A stretch of 64,000 nt of DNA, taken from a candidate division WOR-3 bacterium. GTDB taxonomy: Bacteria; Hydrothermota; Tepidihabitantia; Tepidihabitantales; Tepidihabitantaceae. Under the pieces are notes generated by a model. That model was given only the letters and a program-made list of their open reading frames with translations, had not been told where the DNA came from and did not search any database. The DNA is taken from the NCBI GenBank assembly GCA_965649225.1, contig CBFGJX010000006.1, positions 1-64,000 of the forward strand, given 5' to 3'. Shown here one piece after another: positions 1-9,773 of this stretch (position 1 is its first letter; every line of letters begins with the position of its first letter). Made by a program: the position numbers and the translations under genes.

Positions 1-707
1 AACACCGCCACCAGCCGGTTAACCAGATAGCCGCCGGCTGCTTCCGACCGAACCGCACCCCGGGCAATCGGCTCCGATACCAGCCGCAAGACCCGCTGGT
101 GACCAAAAGGATTGAACGCCCGGTCGGCAAGTAGCCGCCGCAGCGAACCGTAGGTGTACTCAACCCGGTGCGGCCAGTACCCCGAATGGGGTCGTGGAAA
201 TGCACTCCGGTCCAATGTTGAAAACACCAGCCGCCCGCCCGCTGGCAGAATCCCGTGCACCCATCGCAGCAGCCGTTCGGCTTCGGCCCGGTCGAGGTGC
301 TCAAAAAGCTCCAGCATCATCACCGCGTCAAACCGACCGGCGCTGACAGTGGCCGGTGCAGTGACATCAAGCCGGGCAAACTCAAGCCGTGGCACAGCCG
401 CCAGCTCACGCCATTCGCCCGAGCGGTCAGTCGCAACCAGTTCCCAGTCCGGCGGCATCGTCCGGGCAAAAGCCCGCGACAACAGTCCCGAACCACACCC
501 CAGCTCCAGCAGCCGGGACGGCCCCGGCCGCTCCGCCAGCAGCACCAGTGCCGCGGCATAGTTTGCGACATGATGTGCGAGCAGCCGCGGGCTCTGGCTC
601 TGCTCAACACCGCCGCCCTCGACATTACTGAACCGCCGCCCCGGCCTCGCTGCCGCAACATCCTGCCACAGCCGCTCAAAGACTTCGGCAAAGCCTGCGT
701 TCACCAC
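1..707 (-). CDS. Class I SAM-dependent methyltransferase (3'-partial, runs off the window edge)
   Basis: Not in the ORF track; hand translation gives RLLELGCGSG (SAM motif I), LVATDRS, FDAVMMLELFEHL, ILPAGGRLVFST. The frame is open up to 806, so the start may be GTG 707/704, TTG 749 or ATG 758. Confidence 0.8.
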   Translation of the reverse strand, partial: MVNAGFAEVFERLWQDVAAARPGRRFSNVEGGGVEQSQSPRLLAHHVANYAAALVLLAERPGPSRLLELGCGSGLLSRAFARTMPPDWELVATDRSGEWRELAAVPRLEFARLDVTAPATVSAGRFDAVMMLELFEHLDRAEAERLLRWVHGILPAGGRLVFSTLDRSAFPRPHSGYWPHRVEYTYGSLRRLLADRAFNPFGHQRVLRLVSEPIARGAVRSEAAGGYLVNRLVAV

Positions 708-1020
708 AACACCTGCGCCGTCAGCCGGAAGCTGCCCGTCCGCTGTCAAGCCAACCATCCGGCTCGAAGATACATTCGTCTCCAGCCACCGGCTTGACCC
801 TGTGTCTCAAACCGGCAGACCGGGTTTCACTCCTTTGTGGGCGGTGCATCGTTTCCGGCTTTGCCAGCCCGCGCTCCGACAAGCTGCAGAGTCATGACCC
901 CGGCGCAGAATCCTCCGCCGGCAACCGGTACGCAGCAGAAATGCCGGCCAGATTCTTCACTGTCATTTCTGCATCTCCCGCAGCTGACCCTGGCAGAACG
1001 GCCGGCGACACGTTCCGGCA

Positions 1021-1048
1021 ATCATAGGACTCACCGGAATCGAGTCAA
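1021..1048 (-). promoter_or_regulatory. Sigma70-type promoter TTGACT-16-TATGAT reading toward the methyltransferase
   Basis: -35 at 1043-1048, -10 at 1021-1026; same pattern as other promoters in the window. Confidence 0.55.
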
Positions 1049-1391
1049 GCAGCATGCGTCAGACCGAAACACCGCAGCAGCAACGAAACCGACACTGCTG
1101 CGCCATCAGCCGGAAATCTGCTATAACCAGATTACAAACTGTGCCACTTTGCGCCAGGCCGGACTGATTCGCGTTATCTCTAAACAGAAATTAATGTTAC
1201 AGCAAAAAGCTTGATACCACATTAGCATCTCCCTCCCCCGCCCCGGAGGCGGCAACTACGGCGCCGGTCTGACGACTGACGAACCGGCTACCATCACCGC
1301 CGCCCGCTGGTGCTTCCGGCCGCTCCCGACGCCGGTCGACAACGACTCAGACTCCGGCGTTGCAGTCCTGTGTCACCGCCGTTCCAGCCGC

Positions 1392-1419
1392 TTGACTTGA
1401 CCCGAGTCCGTCATAGCAT
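1392..1419 (+). promoter_or_regulatory. fusA promoter TTGACT-16-TAGCAT, 8 nt before the GTG start
   Basis: Direct motif match; no Shine-Dalgarno before 1428. Confidence 0.6.
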
Positions 1420-1427
1420 TTCTGCCT

Positions 1428-3518
1428 GTGTCTGACCAGACGATGAATCTGTTCCGCAATATCGGCATTGCCGCGCACATCGATGCCGGCAAGACCACCA
1501 CGACCGAACGGATTCTTTACTACACCGGCCGCATCCACCGGATGGGTGAAATCGATGAAGGCAACACCCAGATGGACTGGATGATTCAGGAGCGGGAGCG
1601 CGGCATCACCATCACCGCTGCGGCGACAACGGTCCAGTGGCGCGGCCACCGTATCAACATCATCGACACGCCCGGCCACGTCGACTTCACGATGGAGGTC
1701 GAGCGTTCACTGAAAGTGCTGGACGGTGCGGTGATTGTCTTCTGCGGTGTCGGCGGCGTCGAACCGCAGTCGGAAACAGTCTGGCGGCAGGCCGACCGCT
1801 ACCGCGTGCCGCGGATTGCCTTCGTCAACAAGCTGGACCGGATCGGCTCGGATTACTTCCGGGTAGTACGGATGATGGCCGAGCGGTTTGAGCAGACCCC
1901 GGCTGCAATTCAACTGCCGATCGGCAGCGAAGCCGACTTTCGCGGTGTGGTCGATGTCATCGAACAGCGCGCCTTTGTCTGGCGCGACGAAGACCTCGGT
2001 GCCGAACCGGTCGAGATTCCCATTCCTGCCGAGTTGACGGAACCGGCCGCCCGTGCCCGCAGTGAACTCATTGACCTCTTGACGACTTTCGACGAGCCAC
2101 TGCTCGAACGGTATCTCGCCGGTGAACCACTGGATTCGGCTGCAATCAAGGCGGCAGTCCGGCGCGGCACAATCAGCCTGCGCATCGTGCCGGTAGTCTG
2201 CGGCAGTGCGTTCCGCCACAAAGGGGTGCAGCGGCTGCTCGATGCTGTCTGCGACTTTCTCCCCTCGCCGCTGGACCTGCCCCCGATTGTCGGCACAAAC
2301 CCAAAAACCGGCCAGCCGGCAGAACGCGCCCCGGACCCGGCTGGACCGTTTTCGGCGCTGGTTTTCAAGCTCGCCGCTGACCCCCATCACGGCATGCTTT
2401 CCTATGTCCGGGTCTATTCGGGCCGGGTTGAACCAGGTGAAGTAGTGATGGCAGTCCCACAGATGAAGCGGGTCCGGCTGCCAAAGCTGCTCATCATGCA
2501 TGCCAACCGCCGTCAGGAAGTGCCGTCGCTGTCAGCGGGCGAAATTGGCTGTGTTGCCGGTCTGAAAGAAAGCCGCACCGGCCAGACCCTCGCCGACCTT
2601 GCTCATCCGATTGCGTTTGAGTCGATGGAGTTCCCCGATCCGGTGGTGTTTCTGGCCATCGAACCCAAGACCAAAGCCGACGACGCCAAACTCGCCGATG
2701 GCATTGCTACACTGGCGCTCGAAGACCCGACCTTCCGGACCCGCACCGATCCCGAAACCGGCCAGCTGATTCTCTCGGGCATGGGTGAGCTGCATCTGGA
2801 AATCCTCATTGACCGCCTGCAACGTGAGTTCGGTGTCGCCGTGCATTCCGGCAAACCCCAGGTCTCCTATCGTGAGACAATCACCGCTCCGGCTGAAGCC
2901 GAGGGACGGTTTATCCGTCAGACCGGCGGCAAGGGCCACTTCGCCGTTGTGCGCCTGCGACTGGAACCATCCGAGTCCGGCAACCGGGTGGACAACGAAC
3001 TGCCTCCCGGCACCCTGCCCCGGCAGTTTATCTCCCCGATCGAAGAAGCGGTCCGCGAGGGAATGGAATCAGGCGTGCTCGCCGGCTATCCGGCAATCAA
3101 TGTCCGGGCGCGAATCCTCGACGGCCAGTGGCATCAGGAGGATTCCAGCGATGTTGATTTCAAGGTCGCCGCTGCCAGCGCATTCCGCGATGCCTTTCTG
3201 GCCGGCGCACCGACATTCCTTGAGCCAATCATGGAACTGGAGGTAGTAACACCCGAAGCATTTGTCGGTGCGGTACTGGGTGACATCACCGCCCGCGGCG
3301 GCCGTGTCACCAGGATGGAGCCGGTCAAGGGCCACCAGATTATCACCGCCGAAGTGCCGCTGGCGCGCACCTTTGGCTACACCACTGCCCTGCGTTCGCT
3401 CACGCAGGGTCGTGCCACCAATTCACTGCAGTTCAAGCGCTACAGTCCGGTTGACGAAGAAACCCGGGTAAGACTGTACCCGCTTTTCGGCGCCCACCCT
3501 CCCGCCGCCGGATTCTGA
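1428..3518 (+). CDS. fusA: Elongation factor G (stand-alone copy)
   Basis: [63 protein letters not shown]; 696 aa. Confidence 0.97.
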   Translation: MSDQTMNLFRNIGIAAHIDAGKTTTTERILYYTGRIHRMGEIDEGNTQMDWMIQERERGITITAAATTVQWRGHRINIIDTPGHVDFTMEVERSLKVLDGAVIVFCGVGGVEPQSETVWRQADRYRVPRIAFVNKLDRIGSDYFRVVRMMAERFEQTPAAIQLPIGSEADFRGVVDVIEQRAFVWRDEDLGAEPVEIPIPAELTEPAARARSELIDLLTTFDEPLLERYLAGEPLDSAAIKAAVRRGTISLRIVPVVCGSAFRHKGVQRLLDAVCDFLPSPLDLPPIVGTNPKTGQPAERAPDPAGPFSALVFKLAADPHHGMLSYVRVYSGRVEPGEVVMAVPQMKRVRLPKLLIMHANRRQEVPSLSAGEIGCVAGLKESRTGQTLADLAHPIAFESMEFPDPVVFLAIEPKTKADDAKLADGIATLALEDPTFRTRTDPETGQLILSGMGELHLEILIDRLQREFGVAVHSGKPQVSYRETITAPAEAEGRFIRQTGGKGHFAVVRLRLEPSESGNRVDNELPPGTLPRQFISPIEEAVREGMESGVLAGYPAINVRARILDGQWHQEDSSDVDFKVAAASAFRDAFLAGAPTFLEPIMELEVVTPEAFVGAVLGDITARGGRVTRMEPVKGHQIITAEVPLARTFGYTTALRSLTQGRATNSLQFKRYSPVDEETRVRLYPLFGAHPPAAGF

Positions 3519-3572
3519 GCCGGCAGTCCTGCTGTCGTCTGATTCCTTCGGGCTAAGCTGTTCTTTGTAAGG

Positions 3573-5852
3573 CTAGCGGGCAGCACGGGGCGCAAGCACC
3601 GTCACCGTGCCCGCGTCCAGATTGGCCGAGTAGAGTTTGTTGCTCACGCTGTTGTAGCAGAGCGCTACCGGTTTCGCCCCGACATTGATGAACCGCAGGA
3701 CCCGTTCCTCAACGCAGTCAATCAGGGCCAGCGAACCGGCACCCTGATTGGCAACATAGAGTTTGCCCGTCTGCCGGACCAGCAGTGCCGTTCGCGGCTG
3801 TGCCGCTACCGGTATCCCCAGCGCCACCCGTCGGGTGCTGGCATCCAGCACCGCAATGTTGTTGTCGGCCGAGTTGAGCACATAGACTCGCTCGCGGGCA
3901 CCGTTCCACACCGGACACCACGGTTCCCGCCCCACCACCACCGGCGCGAGCGCCTGGTTGCTGGCACCATCAACCGGCATGACCATGTTGGCACCGCGGC
4001 CAGCAGCCCAGATAATGTTGTTTGCCTCATCGACCGTCAGTTCGAATGGCACCGGGGTCAGGGGCACGGCGGCAACGACGACATTCAGGTCCGGATTGAC
4101 TACGTTCAGCCGGCCGGGTACCGAATCGGTCGCGCAGATCCGGTCGGCGCTGCGGTTGTAGACCAGAAAGCGCGGCAACCGGCCGACAATCACCGTCGCC
4201 AGCACCGAGTCGCCGGCACAGTCGATCACGGTCAGGCTACTGTCGCCACCGTTGGCAACCCAGAGCCGGTTGCGCACGGGGTCAAGACACAGCGCTGCCG
4301 GCCGCCGACCGACAGTCAACACGCGCTGAATCGCACCCGACGACCCGCCGATTACCGCCAGCCGCCCCGAATCGGTGGCACAATAGACCTTGTTGCCCGC
4401 CGGATTCCAGAGCAGCAGTGCCGGTGCCCGCCCGACCGTAATCCGCTGAATAATGGCATTGCTCGAACCGCTGATCACGACAACCGTCGATTCACCGCGT
4501 AACGCGCAGAACACCCGGTTGTCCAGCGAATCGAAGCACAGCGCCGCCGGCTGACTGCCGACCGCAATCTGGCCGATGACCGAATCGGGATAAGGAGGTT
4601 CGATGAGGTTAAAGACAACACTCGTACCCTGAGCGCTGTCGTTGCGACACCACGCGACCACTCTTACCCGTGCCTTGTTTGAACCCGGTCCGGCCGGCGT
4701 CCACTGGTACTGATTGACCTGCTTGGTACTGCCCTGCCGACGCCAGGTCTGGCCCGAGTCTGCCGAATAGAATACGACCGCCGAATCCATGCCATCAGTA
4801 CCGCCGGTCCAGCGCACAGTGTAGGTCTGGCCAACGTTCCAGCGGCTGAGCGCATTGGGCACGGTAACTGTAATCGCCGACGGCCGCAGCGTGTCGTAGA
4901 TGGTAACATTGGTCGCTGTACCGACAACGGTATCGCCGGGCAGAAAAGCCCGCACCTGGACACCGGCAGTCGCGGTTGTCTGGCCCGGCACCGACCATTG
5001 ATACTGACCATTGACCAGCGGCTGGCCAAGCCGAATCCAGTTTGTCCCGTTCAGGGTGTAGTAAACCACCGTCGAGTCCCGTCGACTGACTGCCGGGCCG
5101 CCGCTGTAACGAATCAGATAGTCGGCCAGCATCCGAATCCGCTCACCCGACTGCGGCGCATCGATCACCAGCGCCGGCATCGTTGCAAACCGCCAGACCG
5201 GCCCCCGCGTCTCGGCACCGCGGTTGTCCCGGACAACAACCTGCCAGAGATAGACCCGGCCGTAAGCCAGTCCCGACGGAGCAAACTGCGGCTGCCGCAG
5301 ACCGGTCGCCACCACCGGCAGCGGCGTGGTAGTACCGAGCAGGACATCAAACTGAAGACTGTCAAGTGAATCAGGGTCCTCCGCCGTCCAGCCGAGGACC
5401 AGCCGCACCCCGAGTTCACTTGCCCCGCTTTCCGGTGTCGGCGAGTGCGGAACCAGCGGCGCATGGTTCTCGGCCGCCATCGTAAATGTCCACAGCGGTC
5501 CGTCGGTACGCCCTTGCCAGTTATCCACTGCCGTGACCCGCCACCAGTACTGTTGACGCCACGCCAGTCCCGAGGGTCGCCAGACCGGTTGACTCAGCCC
5601 GCTTTCCGCCAGCGGCGGTTCGGGCCGGTTGCCGAAGTAAAGAATATAACTCAGGGTATCGGTCGAGTCCGGGTCGGTACAGGTCCAGCTGAGGACAAAT
5701 CCGCTGTCCAGCCCCACCGCCCCGCTGTCAGGTGTGGGCGTTGACGGCGGCAGCGGCGGCCGGTTCTTTTCGTAGGGATTGTCCCACTTGCGGCATGCCA
5801 ACACCGCAACCACCACCAGCAGTATCGCCGCCAGCAGTGCCCGGGGCATCAA
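3573..5852 (-). CDS. Lipoprotein with two FN3-like repeats, two Ig-like domains and a C-terminal YVTN/YncE beta-propeller
   Basis: Lipobox VLAC; repeats NRPP..PTPDSGA..WTFT and NHAP..PTPESGA..WRFAT; repeated VG..P..L....N..Y propeller blades. Confidence 0.8.
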   Translation of the reverse strand: MMPRALLAAILLVVVAVLACRKWDNPYEKNRPPLPPSTPTPDSGAVGLDSGFVLSWTCTDPDSTDTLSYILYFGNRPEPPLAESGLSQPVWRPSGLAWRQQYWWRVTAVDNWQGRTDGPLWTFTMAAENHAPLVPHSPTPESGASELGVRLVLGWTAEDPDSLDSLQFDVLLGTTTPLPVVATGLRQPQFAPSGLAYGRVYLWQVVVRDNRGAETRGPVWRFATMPALVIDAPQSGERIRMLADYLIRYSGGPAVSRRDSTVVYYTLNGTNWIRLGQPLVNGQYQWSVPGQTTATAGVQVRAFLPGDTVVGTATNVTIYDTLRPSAITVTVPNALSRWNVGQTYTVRWTGGTDGMDSAVVFYSADSGQTWRRQGSTKQVNQYQWTPAGPGSNKARVRVVAWCRNDSAQGTSVVFNLIEPPYPDSVIGQIAVGSQPAALCFDSLDNRVFCALRGESTVVVISGSSNAIIQRITVGRAPALLLWNPAGNKVYCATDSGRLAVIGGSSGAIQRVLTVGRRPAALCLDPVRNRLWVANGGDSSLTVIDCAGDSVLATVIVGRLPRFLVYNRSADRICATDSVPGRLNVVNPDLNVVVAAVPLTPVPFELTVDEANNIIWAAGRGANMVMPVDGASNQALAPVVVGREPWCPVWNGARERVYVLNSADNNIAVLDASTRRVALGIPVAAQPRTALLVRQTGKLYVANQGAGSLALIDCVEERVLRFINVGAKPVALCYNSVSNKLYSANLDAGTVTVLAPRAAR

Positions 5853-5853
5853 C

Positions 5854-6885
5854 CTACCACCTCACCAGCACCCAGCTCACGCACAGTGCGGCACCGGCAC
5901 CGAGTGCGATGTTACGGCCCCAGTCCCAGCGCTCGGTTACCGCCCGCCAGTGCCGGGCCGAATCCGCGCTGCGCGCCGCCTGATAGCGATCATAGGACTG
6001 TTCACCCCGCCAGGCCGAAAGGCCTCCCGCCGCGAGCCCGACCAGTCCGGCAATCAGAAAAACCGGTTTGCGCGTCCGCAGCCGCTCCAGTGCAACCCGC
6101 ACCTCGACTGTCTCAGCTTGATAGACTTCGGCATAACCTAGCCAGTCGACATAGCCCCGGCGTGACAGTGCCAGCGGATAACGTTCGGGAGCGAATTCGC
6201 CGAAATAAGGCGTGAACCCGACCGGCTGGCCCTTGATTGAAAGTCGGGCACTTTCCGGGACCGAAGTCACGCGCAGAAAACCCTTGCCCCAGCCCAGCCG
6301 CAATGTCACACCGTACGGACCGGTGGTCTGCAGGTCAACCGTCTTGGTAACGTCGTTGTAGCCCTCATAGCGGGCCCGGATCGAATGGCGGCCGAAGCTT
6401 ACCCCACTCAGCGCCAGCCCCCCCTCGCCGGCCCGTCCCATCAGCTTGCCGTCAAGATAGATCTGAGCGCCGACCGGCTCGGTCGTTACGACGATGGTGC
6501 CGGTTCGAACCGTAATGACAAAAGAACCTGTCTGGCTGCGATAGCCGGCGAGACTGACCCGCCAGTCGTGCCGACCCGGGCCAAGGTCGTCAACAACCAG
6601 TGGCGTCTTGCCGCGCAGCACGCCGTCAATTTCGACATCGGCACCGGCCGGCCGGGAAGTGATGCTCACCGATGAACCGCTGACAACCGCGTCCGCGGAC
6701 AGCCGCGCCGGACCCGACTCCCGCTCCCGACCCGCCTCCAGCCGGGCACCACAGTTCTTGCAGAACTGGGCTGAATCGCTGTTGCTGGTGCCGCAGGCCG
6801 GGCAGCGCTGCTCGGCCAGAACCGGCAGTGCAATCAACAGCAGTGCCAGCACAATCCGCAGTACCGACCCGGCAGAGTGCTTCAT
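5854..6885 (-). CDS. Zinc-ribbon + PEGA-domain membrane protein
   Basis: Signal peptide (..PVLA/E), CPACG..FCKNCG, three PEGA units (S/T.P.GA.V.IDG..G.TP), two C-terminal hydrophobic segments. Confidence 0.85.
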   Translation of the reverse strand: MKHSAGSVLRIVLALLLIALPVLAEQRCPACGTSNSDSAQFCKNCGARLEAGRERESGPARLSADAVVSGSSVSITSRPAGADVEIDGVLRGKTPLVVDDLGPGRHDWRVSLAGYRSQTGSFVITVRTGTIVVTTEPVGAQIYLDGKLMGRAGEGGLALSGVSFGRHSIRARYEGYNDVTKTVDLQTTGPYGVTLRLGWGKGFLRVTSVPESARLSIKGQPVGFTPYFGEFAPERYPLALSRRGYVDWLGYAEVYQAETVEVRVALERLRTRKPVFLIAGLVGLAAGGLSAWRGEQSYDRYQAARSADSARHWRAVTERWDWGRNIALGAGAALCVSWVLVRW

Positions 6886-6905
6886 CGCTTCAATACATTA
6901 TGCCG

Positions 6906-8066
6906 CTAAAACCGGTATCCGCAACGGATGCAGAACCGGGCCTGCGGCTCGCGTTTCGCCCGACACTTCGGACAAGTCGCCCGGCCGCCGGACACCGTCA
7001 ACAGCACCCGGGTTTGCGGAGTGATAGTCTGACCGGCGTCCGGGCGCGTTTGAGCCACTGTCCCGAATTCAGCCTGATCCGAATACGCCGTCTCCACAAT
7101 CACCTTTGTCCCGTAACGAGCCAGCACTGCTGTCGCCTCATCAACTGTCTGACCGAGCAGATCCGGCATTGTAACCCGGCCCCGGCTGACCAGTAGTTTC
7201 ACCGCGGTCGCCCGGCCCAGCCGCGTGCCGCTGGGCGGCACCTGTCCGACCACAGTACCGGCGGGCAGTGTGTCATCGACCTCCTCGGATTCCAGTGCCT
7301 TCACCTTCAACCGAGCCAGAACTTCACGGGCACTGTCCAGCGACCGACCCCGCAGGTCCGGCATCCGTTCGCCACCCAGAAAGAGGAATGCTGCCACCGC
7401 TACCGCCAGTGCCAGCGGCACAATCAGGACCAATCCGCGGGCGCTGCGACGCGGCCGCGTGGCTTCAATCGCTGCCTCGACATCGGTACCGGCAGCAACC
7501 CGCGGCTCCGCCGGCAGCCCCACTGCCGCAACCAGTGCCCGACGTAGCTCAGCCACGTTCTGGTACCGGCCGGCCGGATTCTTGACCAGTGCCCGCAGAA
7601 TCACCCGTTCCAGCTCGGGAGTAATTGCCGGGTTCACCAGTCGGGGCGGGTCGGGCGGACGGTTGAGATGAGCTTCCATGCATTCATGGCGCAGGTCAAT
7701 GTCGAATGGCACGCGACCGGTAGCCGCCTCGTACAGCACCACCCCAAGCGAATAGATGTCTGATCTGGCATCGACCACACCCTTGCTGCAGCGCTCGGGC
7801 GACATATAGCGAACCGTGCCCAGTTTGCCCGCACCGAAACCGGTCAGCCGAAACCGACCATCCTGCCGGACAATCCGCGCGCTGGTAATGTCGAGATGCA
7901 GCTGACCGCCGGCGTGCGCCGACTCGAGGTCATCGAGTACACCCTCAAAAACTTCCAGTAGTTCGGCAGGACTGAGACTGCCCTTTTCCCGAATCAGTTC
8001 GGCAAGTGTCTCAGTGGAAACCTTCTGGACTGTCGCGTCGGGATTCTGCACTTCGCTGCCGCTCAC
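6906..8066 (-). CDS. Truncated Hanks-type Ser/Thr pseudokinase (C-lobe only) - TM - 2x PASTA - zinc ribbon
   Basis: GTVRYMSPE, DARSDIYSLGVVLYEAATGRVPF and LVKNPAGRY are kept; HRDxKxxN reads HLDITSAR and DFG reads GFG; MPDLRG/MPDLLG PASTA starts; C-terminal CPKC..FCIRCG. Confidence 0.85.
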   Translation of the reverse strand: MSGSEVQNPDATVQKVSTETLAELIREKGSLSPAELLEVFEGVLDDLESAHAGGQLHLDITSARIVRQDGRFRLTGFGAGKLGTVRYMSPERCSKGVVDARSDIYSLGVVLYEAATGRVPFDIDLRHECMEAHLNRPPDPPRLVNPAITPELERVILRALVKNPAGRYQNVAELRRALVAAVGLPAEPRVAAGTDVEAAIEATRPRRSARGLVLIVPLALAVAVAAFLFLGGERMPDLRGRSLDSAREVLARLKVKALESEEVDDTLPAGTVVGQVPPSGTRLGRATAVKLLVSRGRVTMPDLLGQTVDEATAVLARYGTKVIVETAYSDQAEFGTVAQTRPDAGQTITPQTRVLLTVSGGRATCPKCRAKREPQARFCIRCGYRF

Positions 8067-8084
8067 AGATTGCCTTGACAGAAT

Positions 8085-8112
8085 ATTGTAACCACCCCGT
8101 CCAGCCCTGCAA
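8085..8112 (-). promoter_or_regulatory. Promoter TTGCAG-16-TACAAT for the pseudokinase gene
   Basis: -35 at 8107-8112, -10 at 8085-8090, 18 nt before GTG 8066. Confidence 0.5.
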
Positions 8113-8120
8113 GACTGGCA

Positions 8121-9773
8121 CTAGCGAACCTTTTCATCGGTTTCGATTTCCGCCAGCTTGCTGCGAGCAACCGCGGCCCAGGGCGAACCGCCAAAATCAA
8201 TCACCAGCCGGCGCAACGCTGCAGCCGCCGCTGCCCGCTCGTTCAGTCGGTCAGCCAGCAGTCGTGCCTGCTCGAAAATCACTTTCGGCCGCAGGCTGCT
8301 GCCGGGATAGCGCACCTCCCACTCGGCCAGAACCCCCAGCGCCTGACGGTACTGCCCCGTTGCCGCCAGCGCCTCGGCACCGACAATCCCGGCCATCTCA
8401 CCAGCCCGCCCGCGTACCCCGCTCAACCGTCGCGTGCGTTGCAGTGCCGCTTCGGCCTCACCCACTTCAAGCAGCCGCATGGCATCGGCCAGCTCGCGCA
8501 TCGGCGCGCTCGTGTCGGCCAGCAGTGCCAGTTCCAGCGCATCGTTTACCAGTGGGCTGGTCGGATGGCGCGCTGCCAGCCGGTTGGCCGCTAGCTTCAC
8601 CGATTCCGGCAGCAGACGGTAGAAATAAAGCCTTGTTGCCAGATACAGCATCCGGTCGGTTGAATCTCTTGTCTGTGCCAGCTGCGCTGCCGCCTCGGCC
8701 AGTCGCCCCCGACCGATTTCCGCCCTGACCAGACCAAGCCGTGCCGCCTCATTGGCCGGCTCTGCAGCCAGCACCTCGGCAAAAACCTGCGCTGCCCGGC
8801 TAAAATTGCGTCGGTTCACCAGCTCCAGCGTTGCCAGCTCCATTCGCGCCTTTGGCCCGCTGACACCAGCCAGTATCGCTGCCGCTTCGTCGGTGCGACC
8901 AAGCCTCGCCAGCACCCGCGCCCGGTCCGGCGCCGTGCCATACACACTGAACACTGCCAGTGCTGCCTCCAGCCGACCGGCCGCTTCGCACTCCTGTCCG
9001 AAACTGTAAAGCCTTTGTCGGTCCACCGCTGCCACCATCACCCGCAGCGCTGCATCAGTCCGACCTTGCACCAGGTGAACCTCAGCCTCGGCCCGGGCTC
9101 GCTCCGGCGCCGACCTCACTCGTGCCAGCTCGGCAATCAACCCGTTGCCAGTCCGCTCTTTTGCTGCTAGTGCCCCAAGTCGCGCCAGCAGCGCCGGCAG
9201 TCTCTGTGGCTCACGGTCAATCAGGCGGGCCAGCTCGGCACCAGCCCGTCTGACCTCACCCAGCCGCTCGTACAGCGTCAGCAGCTGTTCGGCAAATGCC
9301 AGGCTGTCGCCGGCATGGCGCCGTGCCCGCAGGTAATAGTTCACAGCCTCGGCAACCGCTCCCCCACCGGCAAGTACGGCGCCCAACTGTGCCTCGCTGT
9401 TTTTCACCGCCGCTGCGGCGCTTCGCGCCTCGGCCAGAGCTTCATTGCGCCGGCCGGTCGCCAGCAGTGCTTCAATCAGACCCAGCCGGTAAGCCAGGAC
9501 GGAAGGACGCTGTGTCACCAGCAACCGGCTGACCCGGGCCAAAGTATCATAGCGACCGATGACCCCGGCGGTTCGCCGCAGCCCGTCATAGGCCGCAAGG
9601 TTCTCCGGTTCCCGCTGCAGAAGCGTACGGTACTCTGTCAAGGCCTCCTCAACCAGACCCGCCTGCTCAAGCATGCGCGCACTGTTGATACTCTGGGCAA
9701 TGCCGACAGCGAACAGCCCGGCCACCAGCAGCGCGAAACCCGTGTTTGTCAGAACCGACCCGGTCGCTTTCAT
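8121..9773 (-). CDS. Exported tetratricopeptide-repeat protein
   Basis: Signal-like N-terminus, Ala/Leu-rich TPR helices, C-terminal YPGS..FGGSPWA..A motif; ATG 9773 overlaps the upstream stop (ATGA). Confidence 0.8.
   Translation of the reverse strand: MKATGSVLTNTGFALLVAGLFAVGIAQSINSARMLEQAGLVEEALTEYRTLLQREPENLAAYDGLRRTAGVIGRYDTLARVSRLLVTQRPSVLAYRLGLIEALLATGRRNEALAEARSAAAAVKNSEAQLGAVLAGGGAVAEAVNYYLRARRHAGDSLAFAEQLLTLYERLGEVRRAGAELARLIDREPQRLPALLARLGALAAKERTGNGLIAELARVRSAPERARAEAEVHLVQGRTDAALRVMVAAVDRQRLYSFGQECEAAGRLEAALAVFSVYGTAPDRARVLARLGRTDEAAAILAGVSGPKARMELATLELVNRRNFSRAAQVFAEVLAAEPANEAARLGLVRAEIGRGRLAEAAAQLAQTRDSTDRMLYLATRLYFYRLLPESVKLAANRLAARHPTSPLVNDALELALLADTSAPMRELADAMRLLEVGEAEAALQRTRRLSGVRGRAGEMAGIVGAEALAATGQYRQALGVLAEWEVRYPGSSLRPKVIFEQARLLADRLNERAAAAAALRRLVIDFGGSPWAAVARSKLAEIETDEKVR

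Noticed and set aside
154..797. ORF-track calls at 154-561, 255-797 and 320-691
   Set aside because: All overlap the methyltransferase, which lies in another minus frame and runs off the edge.
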